64,000 bases of DNA from Eledone cirrhosa (lineage: Eukaryota), in assembly GCA_964016885.1 (NCBI GenBank), contig OZ024742.1:378386001-378450000 (forward strand), given 5' to 3'. Position 1 is the stretch's first letter; the number at the start of each line of letters is the position of its first letter. Under the pieces are notes generated by a model that saw only the letters and a list, made by a program, of their open reading frames with translations, was not told where the DNA came from and searched no databases. The position numbers and the translations under genes are program-made. Shown piece by piece: positions 26,801 to 40,500 of the stretch.

Positions 26801-29800
26801 TATTGTATTAATGTTGTGGTCATCTGTAGCTCTATAGTAGCACTGAGCAGTCTATTGTATTAATGTTGTGGTCAGTTGTAGTCTATTGTAGCACTGAGCA
26901 GTCTATTGTATTAATGTTGTGGTCATTTGTAGCTCTATTGTAGCACTGAGCAGTCTATTGTATTAATGTTGTGGTCATTTGTAGTCTATTGTAGCACTGA
27001 GCAGTCTATTGTATTAGTGTTGTGGTCATTTGTAGCTCTATAGTAGCACTGAGCAGTCTATTGTATTAATGTTGTGGTCATTTGTAGCTCTATTGTAGCA
27101 CTGAGCATTGTATTGTATTAATGTTGTGGTCATTTGTTGTCTATTGTAGCACTGAGCAGTCTATTGTATTAATTTTGTGGTCATTTGTAGTCTATTGTAG
27201 AACTGAGCAGTCTATTGTATTAATGTCGTGGTCATTCCTAGTCTATTGTAGCACTGAGCAGTCTATTGTATTAATGTTGTGGTCATTTGTAGTCTATTGT
27301 AGCACTGAGCAGTCTATTGTATTAATGTTGTGGTCATTTGTAGCTCTATTGTAGCACTGAGCAGTCTATTATATTAATGTTGTGGTCATTTGTAGTCTAT
27401 TGTAGCACTGAGCAGTCTATTGTATTAGTGTTGTGGTCATTTGTAGCTCTATTGTAGCACTAGGCAGTCTATTGTATTAATGTTGTGGTCAGTTGTAGTC
27501 TATTGTAGCACTGAGCAGTCTATTGTATTAATGTTGTGGTCATTTGTAGCTCTATTGTAGCACTGAGCAGTCTATTGTATTTATCTTGTGGTCATTTGTA
27601 GCTCTATTGTATCACTGAGCATTGTATTGTATTAATGTTGTGGTCATTTGTAATCTATTGTAGCACTGAGCAGTCTATTGTATTAATGTTGTGGTCATTT
27701 GTAGTCTATTATAGCACTGAGCAGTTTGTTGTATTAATGTTGTGGTCATTTGTAGCTCTATTGTAGCACTGAGCAGTCTATTGTATTAATGTTGTGGTCA
27801 TTTGTAGCTCTATTGTAGCACTGAGCAATCTATTGTATTAATGTTGTGGTCATTTGAAGTCTATTGTAGCACTGAGCAGTCTATTGTATTAATGTTGTGG
27901 TCATTTGTAGTCTATTATAGCACTGAGCAGTCTGTTGTATTAATGTTGTGGTCATTTGTAGCTCTATTGTAGCACTGAGCAGTCTATTATATTAATGTTG
28001 TGGTCATTTGTAGTCTATTGTAGCACTGAGCAGTCTATTGTATTAGTGTTGTGGTCATTTGTAGCTCTATTGTAGCACTGAGCAGTCTATTGTATTAATG
28101 TTGTGGTCAGTTGTAGTCTATTGTAGCACTGAGCAGTCTATTGTATTAATGTTGTGGTCATTTGTAGTCTATTGTAGAACTGAGCAGTCTATTGTGTGGT
28201 CATTTGTAGTCTATTGTAGCACTGAGCAGTCTGTTGTATTAATGTCGTGGTCAGTTGTAGTCTATTGTAGCACTGAGCAGTCTATTGTATTAATGTTGTG
28301 GTCATTTGTAGCTCTATTGTAGCACTGAGCAGTCTATTGTATTAATGTTGTGGTCATTTGTAGTCTATTATAGCACTGAGCAGTCTGTTGTATTAATGTT
28401 GTGGTCATTTGTAGCTCTATTGTAGCACTGAGCAGTCTATTGTATTAATGTTGTGGTCATTTGTAGCTCTATTGTAGCACTGAGCAATCTATTGTATTAA
28501 TGTTGTGGTCATTTGAAGTCTATTGTAGCACTGAGCAGTCTATTGTATTAATGTTGTGGTCATTTGTAGTCTATTATAGCACTGAGCAGTCTGTTGTATT
28601 AATGTTGTGGTCATTTGTAGCTCTATTGTAGCACTGAGCAGTATATTATATTAATGTTGTGGTCATTTGTAGTCTATTGTAGCACTGAGCAGTCTATTGT
28701 ATTAGTGTTGTGGTCATTTGTAGCTCTATTGTAGCACTGAGCAGTCTATTGTATTAATGTTGTGGTCAGTTGTAGTCTATTGTAGCACTGAGCAGTCTAT
28801 TGTATTAATGTTGTGGTCATTTGTAGTCTATTGTAGAACTGAGCAGTCTATTGTGTGGTCATTTGTAGTCTATTGTAGCACTGAGCAGTCTGTTGTATTA
28901 ATGTCGTGGTCAGTTGTAGTCTATTGTAGCACTGAGCAGTCTATTGTATTAATGTTGTGGTCATTTGTAGCTCTATTGTAGCACTGAGCAGTCTATTGTA
29001 TTAATGTTGTGGTCATTTGTCGCTCTATTGTAGCACTGAGCATTGTATTGTATTAATGTTGTGGTCATTTGTTGTCTATTGTAGCACTGAGCAGTCTATT
29101 GTATTAATTTTGTGGTCATTTGTAGTCTATTGTAGAACTGAGCAGTCTATTGTATTAATGTTGTGGTCATTCCTAATCTATTGTAGCACTGAGCAGTCTA
29201 TTGTATTAATGTTGTGGTCATTTGTAGTCTATTGTAGCACTGAGCAGTCTATTGTATTAATGTTGTGGTCATTTGTAGCTCTATTGTAGCACTGAGCAGT
29301 CTATTATATTAATGTTGTGGTCATTTGTAGTCTATTGTAGCACTGAGCAGTCTATTGTATTAGTGTTGTGGTCATTTGTAGCTCTAATGTAGCACTGAGC
29401 AGTCTATTGTATTAATGTTGTGGTCAGTTGTAGTCTATTGTAGCACTGAGCAGTCTATTGTATTAATGTTGTGGTCATTTGTAGTCTATTGTAGAACTGA
29501 GCAGTCTATTGTGTGTTCATTTGTAGTCTATTGTAGCACTGAGCAGTCTGTTGTATTAATGTCGTGGTCAGTTGTAGTCTATTGTAGCACTGAGCAGTCT
29601 ATTGTATTAATGTTGTGGTCATTTGTAGCTCTATTGTAGCACTGAGCAGTCTATTGTATTAATGTTGTGGTCATTTGTCGCTCTATTGTAGCACTGAGCA
29701 TTGTATTGTATTAATGTTGTGGTCATTTGTAATCTATTGTAGCACTGAGCAGTCTATTGTATTAGTGTTGTGGTCATTTGTAGCTCTATTGTAGCACTGA

Positions 29801-30069
29801 GCAGTCTATTGTATTAATGTTGTGGTCAGTTGTAGTCTATTGTAGCACTGAGCAGTCTATTGTATTAATGTTGTGGTCATTTGTAGCTCTATTGTAGCAC
29901 TGAGCAGTCTATTGTATTAATGTTGTGGTCATTTGTAGCTCTATAGTAGCACTGAGCAGTCTATTGTATTAATGTTGTGGTCAGTTGTAGTCTATTGTAG
30001 CACTGAGCAGTCTATTGTATTAATGTTGTGGTCATTTGTAGCTCTATTGTAGCACTGAGCAGTCTATTG
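17502..30069. repeat. Recent 6,284-bp tandem duplication (about 17502-23785 and 23786-30069)
   Basis: Offset 6284 for 17919/24203, 18179/24463, 18577/24861, 20837/27121, 21814/28098, 22473/28757, 22733/29017 and 23131/29415. The private SNP CTCTAATGT is shared at 23103 and 29387. Confidence 0.9.
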
Positions 30070-33000
30070 TATTAATGTTGTGGTCAGTTGTAGTCTATTG
30101 TAGCACTGAGCAGTCTATTGTATTAATGTTGTGGTCATTTGTAGCTCTATTGTATCACTGAGCAGTCTATTGTATTAATGTTGTGGTCATTTGTAGCTCT
30201 ATTGTAGCACTGAGCATTGTATTGTATCAATGTTGTGGTCATTTGTAGTCTATTGTAGCACTGAGCAGTCTATTGTATTAATGTTGTGGTCATTTGTAGC
30301 TCTATTGTAGCACTGAGCAGTCTATTGTATTAATGTTGTGGTCATTTGTAACTCTATTGTAGCACTGAGCAGTCTATTGTATTAATATTGTGGTCATTTG
30401 TAGTCTATTGTAGCACTGAGCAGTCTATTGTATTAGTGTTGTGGTCATTTGTAGCTCTATAGTAGCACTGAGCAGTCTATTGTATTAAAGTTGTGGTCAG
30501 TTGTAGTCTATTGTAGCACTGAGCAGTCTATTGTATTAATGGTGTGGTCATTTGTAGCTCTATTGTAGCAATGAGCAGTCTATTGTATTAATGTTGTGGT
30601 CATTTGTAGCTCTATTGTAGCACTGAGCATTGTATTGTATTAATGTTGTGGTCATTTGTAGTCTATTGTAGCACTGAGCAGTCTATTGTATTAATGTTGT
30701 GATCATTTGTAGCTCTATTGTATCACTGAGCAGTCTATTGTATTAATGTTGTGGTCATTTGTAGCTCTATTGTAGCACTGAGCATTGTATTGTATTAATG
30801 TTGTGGTCATTTGTAGTCTATTGTAGCACTGAGCAGTCTATTGTATTAATGTTGTGGTCATTTGTAGCTCTATTGTAGCACTGAGCAGTCTATTGTATTA
30901 ATGTTGTGGTCATTTGTAGCTCTATTGTAGCACTGAGCAGTCTATTGTATTAATGTTGTGGTCATTTGTAGTCTATTGTAGCACTGCGCAGTCTATTGTA
31001 TTAGTGTTGTGATCATTTGTAGCTCTATAGTAGCACTGAGCAGTCTATTGTATTAATGTTGTGGTCAGTTGTAGTCTATTGTAGCACTGAGCACTCTATT
31101 GTATTAATGTTGTGGTCATTTGTAGCTCTATTGTAGCACTGAGCAGTCTATTGTATTAATGTTGTGGTCATTTGCAGCTCTATAGTAGCACTGAGCAGTC
31201 TATTGTATTAATGTTGTGGTCAGTTGTAGTCTATTGTAGCACTGAGCAGTCTATTGTATTAATGTTGTGGTCATTTGTAGCTCTATTGTAGCACTGAGCA
31301 GTCTATTGTATTAATGTTGTGGTCATTTGTAGTCTATTGTAGCACTGAGCAGTCTATTGTATTAGTGTTGTGGTCATTTGTAGCTCTATAGTAGCACTGA
31401 GCAGTCTATTGTATTAATGTTGTGGTCATTTGTAGCTCTATTGTAGCACTGAGCATTGTATTGTATTAATGTTGTGGTCATTTGTTGTCTATTGTAGCAC
31501 TGAGCAGTCTATTGTATTAATTTTGTGGTCATTTGTAGTCTATTGTAGAACTGAGCAGTCTATTGTATTAATGTCGTGGTCATTCCTAGTCTATTGTAGC
31601 ACTGAGCAGTCTATTGTATTAATGTTGTGGTCATTTGTAGTCTATTGTAGCACTGAGCAGTCTATTGTATTAATGTTGTGGTCATTTGTAGCTCTATTGT
31701 AGCACTGAGCAGTCTATTGTATTAATGTTGTGGTCATTTGTAGTCTATTGTAGCACTGAGCAGTCTATTGTATTAGTGTTGTGGTCATTTGTAGCTCTAT
31801 TGTAGCACTAGACAGTCTATTGTATTAATGTTGTGGTCAGTTGTAGTCTATTGTAGCACTGAGCAGTCTATTGTATTAATGTTGTGGTCATTTGTAGCTC
31901 TATTGTAGCACTGAGCAGTCTATTGTATTTATCTTGTGGTCATTTGTAGCTCTATTGTATCACTGAGCATTGTATTGTATTAATGTTGTGGTCATTTGTA
32001 ATCTATTGTAGCACTGAGCAGTCTATTGTATTAATGTTGTGGTCATTTGTAGTCTATTATAGCACTGAGCAGTCTGTTGTATTAATGTTGTGGTCATTTG
32101 TAGCTCTATTGTAGCACTGAGCAGTCTATTGTATTAATGTTGTGGTCATTTGTAGCTCTATTGTAGCACTGAGCAATCTATTGTATTAATGTTGTGGTCA
32201 TTTGAAGTCTATTGTAGCACTGAGCAGTCTATTGTATTAATGTTGTGGTCATTTGTAGTCTATTATAGCACTGAGCAGTCTGTTGTATTAATGTTGTGGT
32301 CATTTGTAGCTCTATTGTAGCACTGAGCAGTCTATTGTATTAATGTTGTGGTCATTTGTAGTCTATTGTAGCACTGAGCAGTCTATTGTATTAATGTTGT
32401 GGTCATTTGTAGCTCTATTGTAGCACTGTGTCGTGTATTGTATTAGTGTTGTGGTCATTTGTAGCTCTATTGTAGCACTGAGCAGTCTATTGTATTAATG
32501 TTGTGGTCAGTTGTATTCTATTGTAGCACTGAGCAGACTATTGTATTAACGTTGTGGTCATTTGTAGTATATTGTAGTTCTGAGCAGTCTATTGTATTGA
32601 TGTTGTGGTCATTTGTAGTCTATTGTAGCACTGAGCAGTCTATTGTATTAATGTTGTGGTCATTTGTAGTCTATTGTAGCACTGAGCAGTCTATTGTATT
32701 AATGTTGTGGTCATTTGTAGTCTATTGTAGCACTGAGCAGTCTATTGTATTAATGTTGTGGTCATTTGTAGCTCTATTGTAGCACTGAGCAGTCTATTAT
32801 ATTAATGTTGTGGTCATTTGTAGTCTATTGTAGCACTGAGCAGTCTATTGTATTAGTGTTGTGGTCATTTGTCGCTCTATTGTAGCACTGAGCGGTCTAT
32901 TGTATTAATGTTGTGGTCAGTTGTTTGTCTATTGTAACACTGAGCAGTCTATTGTATTAATGTTGTGGTCATTTGTAGCTCTATTGTAGCACTGAGCAGT

Positions 33001-36000
33001 CTATTGTATTAATCTTGTGGTCATTTGTAGCTCTATTGTAGCACTGAGCAGTCTATTGTATTAATGTTGTGGTCATTTGTAGCGCTATTGTAGCACTGAG
33101 CAGTCTATTGTATTAATGTTGTGGTCATTTGTAGTCTATTGTAGCACTGAGCAGTCTATTGTATTAGTGTTGTGGTCATTTGTAGCTCTATAGTAGCACT
33201 GAGCAGTCTATTGTATTAATGTTGTGGTCAGTTGTATTCTATTGTAGCACTGAGCAGACTATTGTATTAATGTTGTGGTCATTTGTAGTATATTGTAGTT
33301 CTGAGCAGTCTATTGTATTGATGTTGTGGTCATTTGTAGTCTATTGTAGCACTGAGCAGTCTATTGTATTAATGTTGTGGTCATTTGTAGTCTATTGTAG
33401 CACTGAGCAGTCTATTGTATTAATGTTGTGGTCATTTGTAGTCTATTGTAGCACTGAGCAGTCTATTGTATTAATGTTGTGGTTATTTGTAGCTCTATTG
33501 TAGCACTGAGCAGTCTATTATATTAATGTTGTGGTCATTTGTAGTCTATTGTAGCACTGAGCAGTCTATTGTATTAGTGTTGTGGTCATTTGTAGCTCTA
33601 TTGTAGCACTGAGCATTGTATTGTATTAATGTTGTGGTCATTTGTAGCTCTATTGTAGCACTGAGCAGTCTATTATATTAATGTTGTGGTCATTTGTAGT
33701 CTATTGTAGCACTGAGCAGTCTATTGTATTAGTGTTGTGGTCATTTGTAGCTCTATTGTAGCACTGAGCAGTCTATTGTATTAATTTTGTGGTCATTTGT
33801 AGTCTATTGTAGAACTGAGCAGTCTATTGTATTAATGTTGTGGTCATTCCTAGTATATTGTAGCACTGAGCAGTCTATTGTATTAATGTTGTGGTCATTT
33901 GTAGTCTATTGTAGCACTGAGCAGTCTATTGTATTACTGTTGTGGTCATTTGTAGCTCTATTGTAGCACTGAGCAGTCTATTATATTAATGTTGTGGTCA
34001 TTTGTAGTCTATTGTAGCACTGAGCAGTCTATTGTATTAGTGTTGTGGTCATTTGTAGCTCTATTGTAGCACTGAGCAGTCTATTGTATTAATGTTGTGG
34101 TCAGTTGTAGTCTATTGTAGCACTGAGCAGTCTATTGTATTAATGTTGTGGTCATTTGTAGCTCTATTGTAGCACTGAGCAGTCTATTGTATTAATGTTG
34201 TGGTCATTTGTAGCTCTATTGTAGCACTGAGCATTGTATTGTATTAATGTTGTGGTCATTTGTAGTCTATTGTAGCACTGAGCAGTCTATTGTATTAATG
34301 TTGTGGTCATTTGTAGCTCTATTGTAGCACTGAGCAGTCTATTGTATTAATGTTGTGGTCAGTTGTAGTCTATTGTAGCACTGAGCAGTCTATTGTATTA
34401 GTGTTGTGGTCATTTGTAGCTCTATAGTAGCACTGAGCAGTCTATTGTATTAATGTTGTGGTCAGTTGTAGTCTATTGTAGCACTGAGCAGTCTATTGTA
34501 TTAATGTTGTGGTCATTTGTAGCTCTATTGTAGCACTGAGCAGTCTATTGTATTAATGTTGTGGTCATTTGTATCTCTATAGTAGCACTGAGCAGTCTAT
34601 TGTATTAGTGTTGTGGTCATTTGTAGCTCTATTGTAGCACTGAGCATTGTATTGTATTAATGTTGTGGTCATTTGTAATCTATTGTAGCACTGAGCAGTC
34701 TATTGTATTAATGTTGTGGTCATTTGTAGCTCTATTGTAGCACTGAGCAGTCTATTTTATTAATGTTGTGGTCATTTGTAGCTCTATTGTAGCACTGAGC
34801 AGTCTATTGTATTAATGTTGTGGTCATTTGTAGTCTATTGTAGCACTGAGCAGTCTATTGTATTAGTGTTGTGGTCATTTGTAGCTCTATAGTAGCACTG
34901 AGCAGTCTATTGTATTAATGTTGTGGTCAGTTGTAGTCTATTGTAGCACTGAGCAGTCTATTGTATTAATGTTGTGGTCAGTTGTAGTCTATTGTAGCAC
35001 TGAGCAGTCTATTGTATTAATGTTGTGTTCATTTGTAGTCTATTGTAGCACTGAGCAGTCTATTGTATTAGTGTTGTGGTCATTTGTAGCTCTATAGTAG
35101 CACTGAGCAGTCTATTGTATTAATGTTGTGGTCAGTTGTAGTCTATTGTAGCCCTGAGCAGTCTATTGTATTAATGTTGTGGTCATTTGTAGCTCTATTG
35201 TAGCACTGAGCATTCTATTGTATTAATGTTGTGGTCATTTGTAGTCTATTGTAGCACTGAGCAGTCTATTGTATTAGTGTTGTGGTCATTTGTAGCTCTA
35301 TAGTAGCACTGAGCAGTCTATTGTATTAATGTTGTGGTCATTTGTAGCTCTATTGTAGCACTGAGCATTGTATTGTATTAATGTTGTGGTCATTTGTTGT
35401 CTATTGTAGCACTGAGCAGTCTATTGTATTAATTTTGTGGTCATTTGTAGTCTATTGTAGAACTGAGCAGTCTATTGTATTAATGTTGTGGTCATTCCTA
35501 ATCTATTGTAGCACTGAGCAGTCTATTGTATTAATGTTGTGGTCATTTGTAGTCTATTGTAGCACTGAGCAGTCTATTGTATTAATGTTGTGGTCATTTG
35601 TAGCTCTATTGTAGCACTGAGCAGTCTATTATATTAATGTTGTGGTCATTTGTAGTCTATTGTAGCACTGAGCAGTCTATTGTATTAGTGTTGTGGTCAT
35701 TTGTAGCTCTATTGTAGCATTGAGCAGTCTATTGTATTAATGTTGTGGTCAGTTGTAGTCTATTGTAGCACTGAGCAGTCTATTGTATTAATGTTGTGGT
35801 CATTTGTAGTCTATTGTAGAACTGAGCAGTCTATTGTGTGGTCATTTGTAGTCTATTGTAGCACTGAGCAGTCTGTTGTATTAATGTTGTGGTCAGTTGT
35901 AGTCTATTGTAGCACTGAGCAGTCTATTGTATTAATGTTGTGGTCATTTGTAGCTCTATTGTAGCACTGAGCAGTCTATTGTATTAATGTTGTGGTCATT

Positions 36001-37592
36001 TGTCGCTCTATTGTAGCACTGAGCATTGTATTGTATTAATGTTGTGGTCATTTGTAATCTATTGTAGCACTGAGCAGTCTATTGTATTAGTGTTGTGGTC
36101 ATTTGTAGCTCTATTGTAGCACTGAGCAGTCTATTGTATTAATGTTGTGGTCAGTTGTAGTCTATTGTAGCACTGAGCAGTCTATTGTATTAATGTTGTG
36201 GTCATTTGTAGCTCTATTGTAGCACTGAGCAGTCTATTGTATTAATGTTGTGGTCATTTGTAGCTCTATTGTAGCACTGAGCATTGTATTGTATTAATGT
36301 TGTGGTCATTTGTAATCTATTGTAGCACTGAGCAGTCTATTGTATTAATGTTGTGGTCATTTGTAGCTCTATTGTAGCACTGAGCAGTCTATTGTATTAA
36401 TGTTGTGGTTATTTGTAGCTCTATTGTAGCACTGAGCAGTCTATTGTATTAATGTTGTGGTCATTTGTAGTCTATTGTAGCACTGAGCAGTCTATTGTAT
36501 TAGTGTTGTGGTCATTTGTAGCTCTATAGTAGCACTGAGCAGTCTATTGTATTAATGTTGTGGTCATTTGTAGCTCTATTGTATCACTGAGCAGTCTATT
36601 GTATTAATGTTGTGGTCATTTGTAGCTCTATTGTAGCACTGAGCATTGTATTGTATCAATGTTGTGGTCATTTGTAGTCTATTGTAGCACTGAGCAGTCT
36701 ATTGTATTAATGTTGTGGTCATTTGTAGCTCTATTGTAGCACTGAGCAGTCTATTGTATTAATGTTGTGGTCATTTGTAACTCTATTGTAGCACTGAGCA
36801 GTCTATTGTATTAATATTGTGGTCATTTGTAGTCTATTGTAGCACTGAGCAGTCTATTGTATTAGTGTTGTGGTCATTTGTAGCTCTATAGTAGCACTGA
36901 GCAGTCTATTGTATTAAAGTTGTGGTCAGTTGTAGTCTATTGTAGCACTGAGCAGTCTATTGTATTAATGTTGTGGTCATTTGTAGCTCTATTGTAGCAC
37001 TGAGCAGTCTATTGTATTAATGTTGTGGTCCGTTGTAGTCTATTGTAGCACTGAGCAGTCTATTGTATTAATGTTGTGGTCATTTGTAGCTCTATTGTAG
37101 CACTGAGCAGTCTATTGTATTAATGTTGTGGTCATTTGTAGTCTATTGTAGCACTGAGCAGTCTATTGTATTAGTGTTGTGGTCATTTGTAGCTCTATAG
37201 TAGCACCGAGCAGTCTATTGTATTAATGTTGTGGTCAGTTGTAGACTATTGTAGCACTGAGCAGTCTATTGTATTAATGTTGTGGTCATTTGTAGCTCTA
37301 TTGTAGCACTGAGCAGTCTATTATATTAATGTTGTGGTCATTTGTAGTCTATTGTAGCACTGAGCAGTCTATTGTATTAGTGTTGTGGTCATTTGTAGCT
37401 CTATTGTAGCACTAGGCAGTCTATTGTATTAATGTTGTGGTCAGTTGTAGTCTATTGTAGCACTGAGCAGTCTATTGTATTAATGTTGTGGTCATTTTCA
37501 GCTCTATTGTAGCACTGAGCAGTCTATTGTATTAATGTTGTGGTCATTTGTAGCTCTATTGTAGCACTGAGCATTGTATTGTATTAATGTTG
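24195..37592. repeat. Upstream copy of a >13-kb near-identical direct segmental duplication within the array
   Basis: Twelve consecutive marker ORFs (24463 to 35740) recur at +26,254 (50717 to 61994). After about 36,560 the offset becomes 26,408 (GCACCGAG at 37203 vs 63611). Confidence 0.92.
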
Positions 37593-40500
37593 TGGTCATT
37601 TGTAATCTATTGTAGCACTGAGCAGTCTATTGTATTAATGTTGTGGTCATTTGTAGCTCTATTGTAGCACTGAGCAGTCTATTGTATTAATGTTGTGGTC
37701 ATTTGTAGCTCTATTGTAGCACTGAGCAGTCTATTGTATTAATGTTGTGGTCATTTGTAGTCTATTGTAGCACTGCGCAGTCTATTGTATTAGTGTTGTG
37801 GTCATTTGTAGCTCTATAGTAGCACTGAGCAGTCTATTGTATTAATGTTGTGGTCAGTTGTAGTCTATTGTAGCACTGAGCACTCTATTGTATTAATGTT
37901 GTGGTCATTTGTAGCTCTATTGTAGCACTGAGCAGTCTATTGTATTAATGTTGTGGTCAGTTGTAGTCTATTGTAGCACTGAGCAGTCTATTGTATTAAT
38001 GTTGTGGTCATTTGTAGCTCTATTGTAGCACTGAGCAGTCTATTGTATTAATGTTGTGGTCATTTGTAGTCTATTGTAGCACTGAGCAGTCTATTGTATT
38101 AGTGTTGTGGTCATTTGTAGCTCTATAGTAGCACTGAGCAGTCTATTGTATTAATGTTGTGGTCATTTGTAGCTCTATTGTAGCACTGAGCATTGTATTG
38201 TATTAATGTTGTGGTCATTTGTTGTCTATTGTAGCACTGAGCAGTCTATTGTATTAATTTTGTGGTCATTTGTAGTCTATTGTAGAACTGAGCAGTCTAT
38301 TGTATTAATGTCGTGGTCATTCCTAGTCTATTGTAGCACTGAGCAGTCTATTGTATTAATGTTGTGGTCATTTGTAGTCTATTGTAGCACTGAGCAGTCT
38401 ATTGTATTAATGTTGTGGTCATTTGTAGCTCTATTGTAGCACTGAGCAGTCTATTATATTAATGTTGTGGTCATTTGTAGTCTATTGTAGCACTGAGCAG
38501 TCTATTGTATTAGTGTTGTGGTCATTTGTAGCTCTATTGTAGCACTAGGCAGTCTATTGTATTAATGTTGTGGTCAGTTGTAGTCTATTGTCGCACTGAG
38601 CAGTCTATTGTATTAATGTTGTGGTCATTTGTAGCTCTATTGTAGCACTGAGCAGTCTATTGTATTTATCTTGTGGTCATTTGTAGCTCTATTGTAGCAC
38701 TGAGCATTGTATTGTATTAATGTTGTGGTCATTTGTAATCTATTGTAGCACTGAGCAGTCTATTGTATTAATGTTGTGGTCATTTGTAGCTCTATTGTAG
38801 CACTGAGCAGTCTATTGTATTAATGTTGTGGTCATTTGTAGTCTATTGTAGCAATGAGCAGTCTATTGTATTAGTGTTGTGGTCATTTGTAGCTCTATAG
38901 TAGCACTGAGCAGTCTATTGTATTAATGTTGTGGTCAGTTGTAGTCTATTGTAGCACTGAGCAGTCTATTGTATTAATGTTGTGGTCATTTGTAGCTCTA
39001 TTGTAGCACTGAGCAGTCTATTGTATTAATGTTGTGGTCATTTGTAGTCTATTGTAGCACTGAGCAGTCTATTGTATTACTGTTGTGGTCATTTGTAGCT
39101 CTATAGTAGCACTGAGCAGTCTATTGTATTAATGTTGTGGTCATTTGTAGCTCTATTGTAGCACTGAGCATTGTATTGTATTAATGTTGTGGTCATTTGT
39201 TGTCTATTGTAGCACTGAGCAGTCTATTGTATTAATTTTGTGGTCATTTGTAGTCTATTGTAGAACTGAGCAGTCTATTGTATTAATGTTGTGGTCATTC
39301 CTAGTCTATTGTAGCACTGAGCAGTCTATTGTATTAATGTTGTGGTCATTTGTAGTCTATTGTAGCACTGAGCAGTCTATTGTATTAATGTTGTGGTCAT
39401 TTGTAGCTCTAGTGTAGCACTGAGCAGTCTATTATATTAATGTTGTGGTCATTTGTAGTCTATTGTAGCACTGAGCAGTCTATTGTATTAGTGTTGTGGT
39501 CATTTGTAGCTCTATTGTAGCACTGAGCAGTCTATTGTATTAATGTTGTGGTCAGTTGTAGTCTATTGTAGCACTGAGCAGTCTATTGTATTAATGTTGT
39601 GGTCATTTGTAGCTCTATTGTAGCACTGAGCAGTCTATTGTATTAAAGTTGTGGTCATTTGTAGCTCTATTGTAGCACTGAGCAGTCTATTGTATTAATG
39701 TTGTGGTCATTTGTAGTCTATTGTAGCACTGAGCAGTCTATTGTATTAATGTTGTGGTCATTTGTAGTCTATTGTAGAACTGAGCAGTCTATTGTATTAA
39801 TGTTGTGGTCATTTGTAGTCTATTGTAGCACTGAGCAGTCTGTTGTATTAATGTTGTGGTCAGTTGTAGTCTATTGTAACACTGAGCAGTCTATTGTATT
39901 AATGTTGTGGTCATTTGTAGCTCTATTGTAGCACTGAGCAGTCTATTGTATTAATGTTGTGGTCATTTGTAGCTCTATTGTAGCACTGAGCATTGTATTG
40001 TATTAAAGTTGTGGTCATTTGTAATCTATTGTAGCACTGAGCAGTCTATTGTATTAGTGTTGTGGTCATTTGTAGCTCTATTGTAGCACTGAGCAGTCTA
40101 TTGTATTAATGTTGTGGTCAGTTGTAGTCTATTGTAGCACTGAGCAGTCTATTGTATTAATGTTGTGGTCATTTGTAGCTCTATTGTAGCACTGAGCAGT
40201 CTATTGTATTAATGTTGTGGTCATTTGTAGTCTATTGTAGCACTGAGCAGTCTATTGTATTAGTGTTGTGGTCATTTGTAGCTCTATAGTAGCACTGAGC
40301 AGTCTATTGTATTAATGTTGTGGTCAGTTGTAGTCTATTGTAGCACTGAGCAGTCTATTGTATTAATGTTGTGGTCATTTGTAGCTCTATTGTAGCACTG
40401 AGCAGTCTATTGTATTAATGTTGTGGTCATTTGTAGTCTATTGTAACACTGAGCAGTCTATTGTATTAGTGTTGTGGTCATTTGTAGCTCTATAGTAGCA

